64,000 nucleotides of DNA from NCBI RefSeq assembly GCF_009914755.1, contig NC_060927.1, one strand, 5' to 3'. Every line of letters begins with the position of its first letter. Position 1 is the first letter of the stretch. The translations under genes were made by a program, and so were the position numbers. Positions 63,858 through 64,000 of this stretch are shown in pieces. This DNA comes from the human T2T-CHM13v2.0 reference genome, Homo sapiens. The notes under the pieces are model-generated. The model was not told the DNA's origin and made no database searches. It worked only from the letters and a program-made list of their open reading frames with translations.

Positions 63858-64000
63858 GAGGTGAGGCAGAGAATGAATGTGCTGACTCATGCACTTCTCA
63901 GTTTCTCTTAGGGCGGAGGGCTGCCCCCAGGGGAGCTGGGGAATCTGGAAAGAAAAAGATGACAGTGGAGCTTAATATGAAGGCTGGGAAGAGTCTCAGC

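Overview
Primate (human-like) genomic DNA, recognisable as the 5' end of CDCP1 (human 3p21.31). The only real coding sequence is CDCP1 exon 1 on the minus strand (26640-26721, signal peptide MAGLNCGVSIALLGVLLLGAARLPRGA) inside a CpG-island promoter. Bases 1-26639 are intron 1; exon 2 was not found in the window. The upstream ~37 kb holds a full-length processed RPS24 pseudogene and a dense repeat landscape: ~33 Alus, old L1/L2/MIR fragments, MaLR and ERV1 solo LTRs, a decayed ERVL internal region, and hAT and Tc2 DNA transposons. Nearly all ORFs in the track are repeat-derived or chance. I found no convincing new gene system. The best unexplained structures are: (i) a 157-bp inverted templated copy that preserves a pre-Alu empty site; (ii) a ~330-bp direct duplication beside a cryptic 33-bp array in intron 1; (iii) a four-layer nested insertion where an L1 and the RPS24 retrocopy share one target site; (iv) a templated direct/inverted mosaic inside an LTR; (v) a perfect latent 5' splice donor in the CDCP1 5'UTR; (vi) an L1-derived 68-bp VNTR. 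Repeat subfamily names come from recalled consensus sequences, not from a search.
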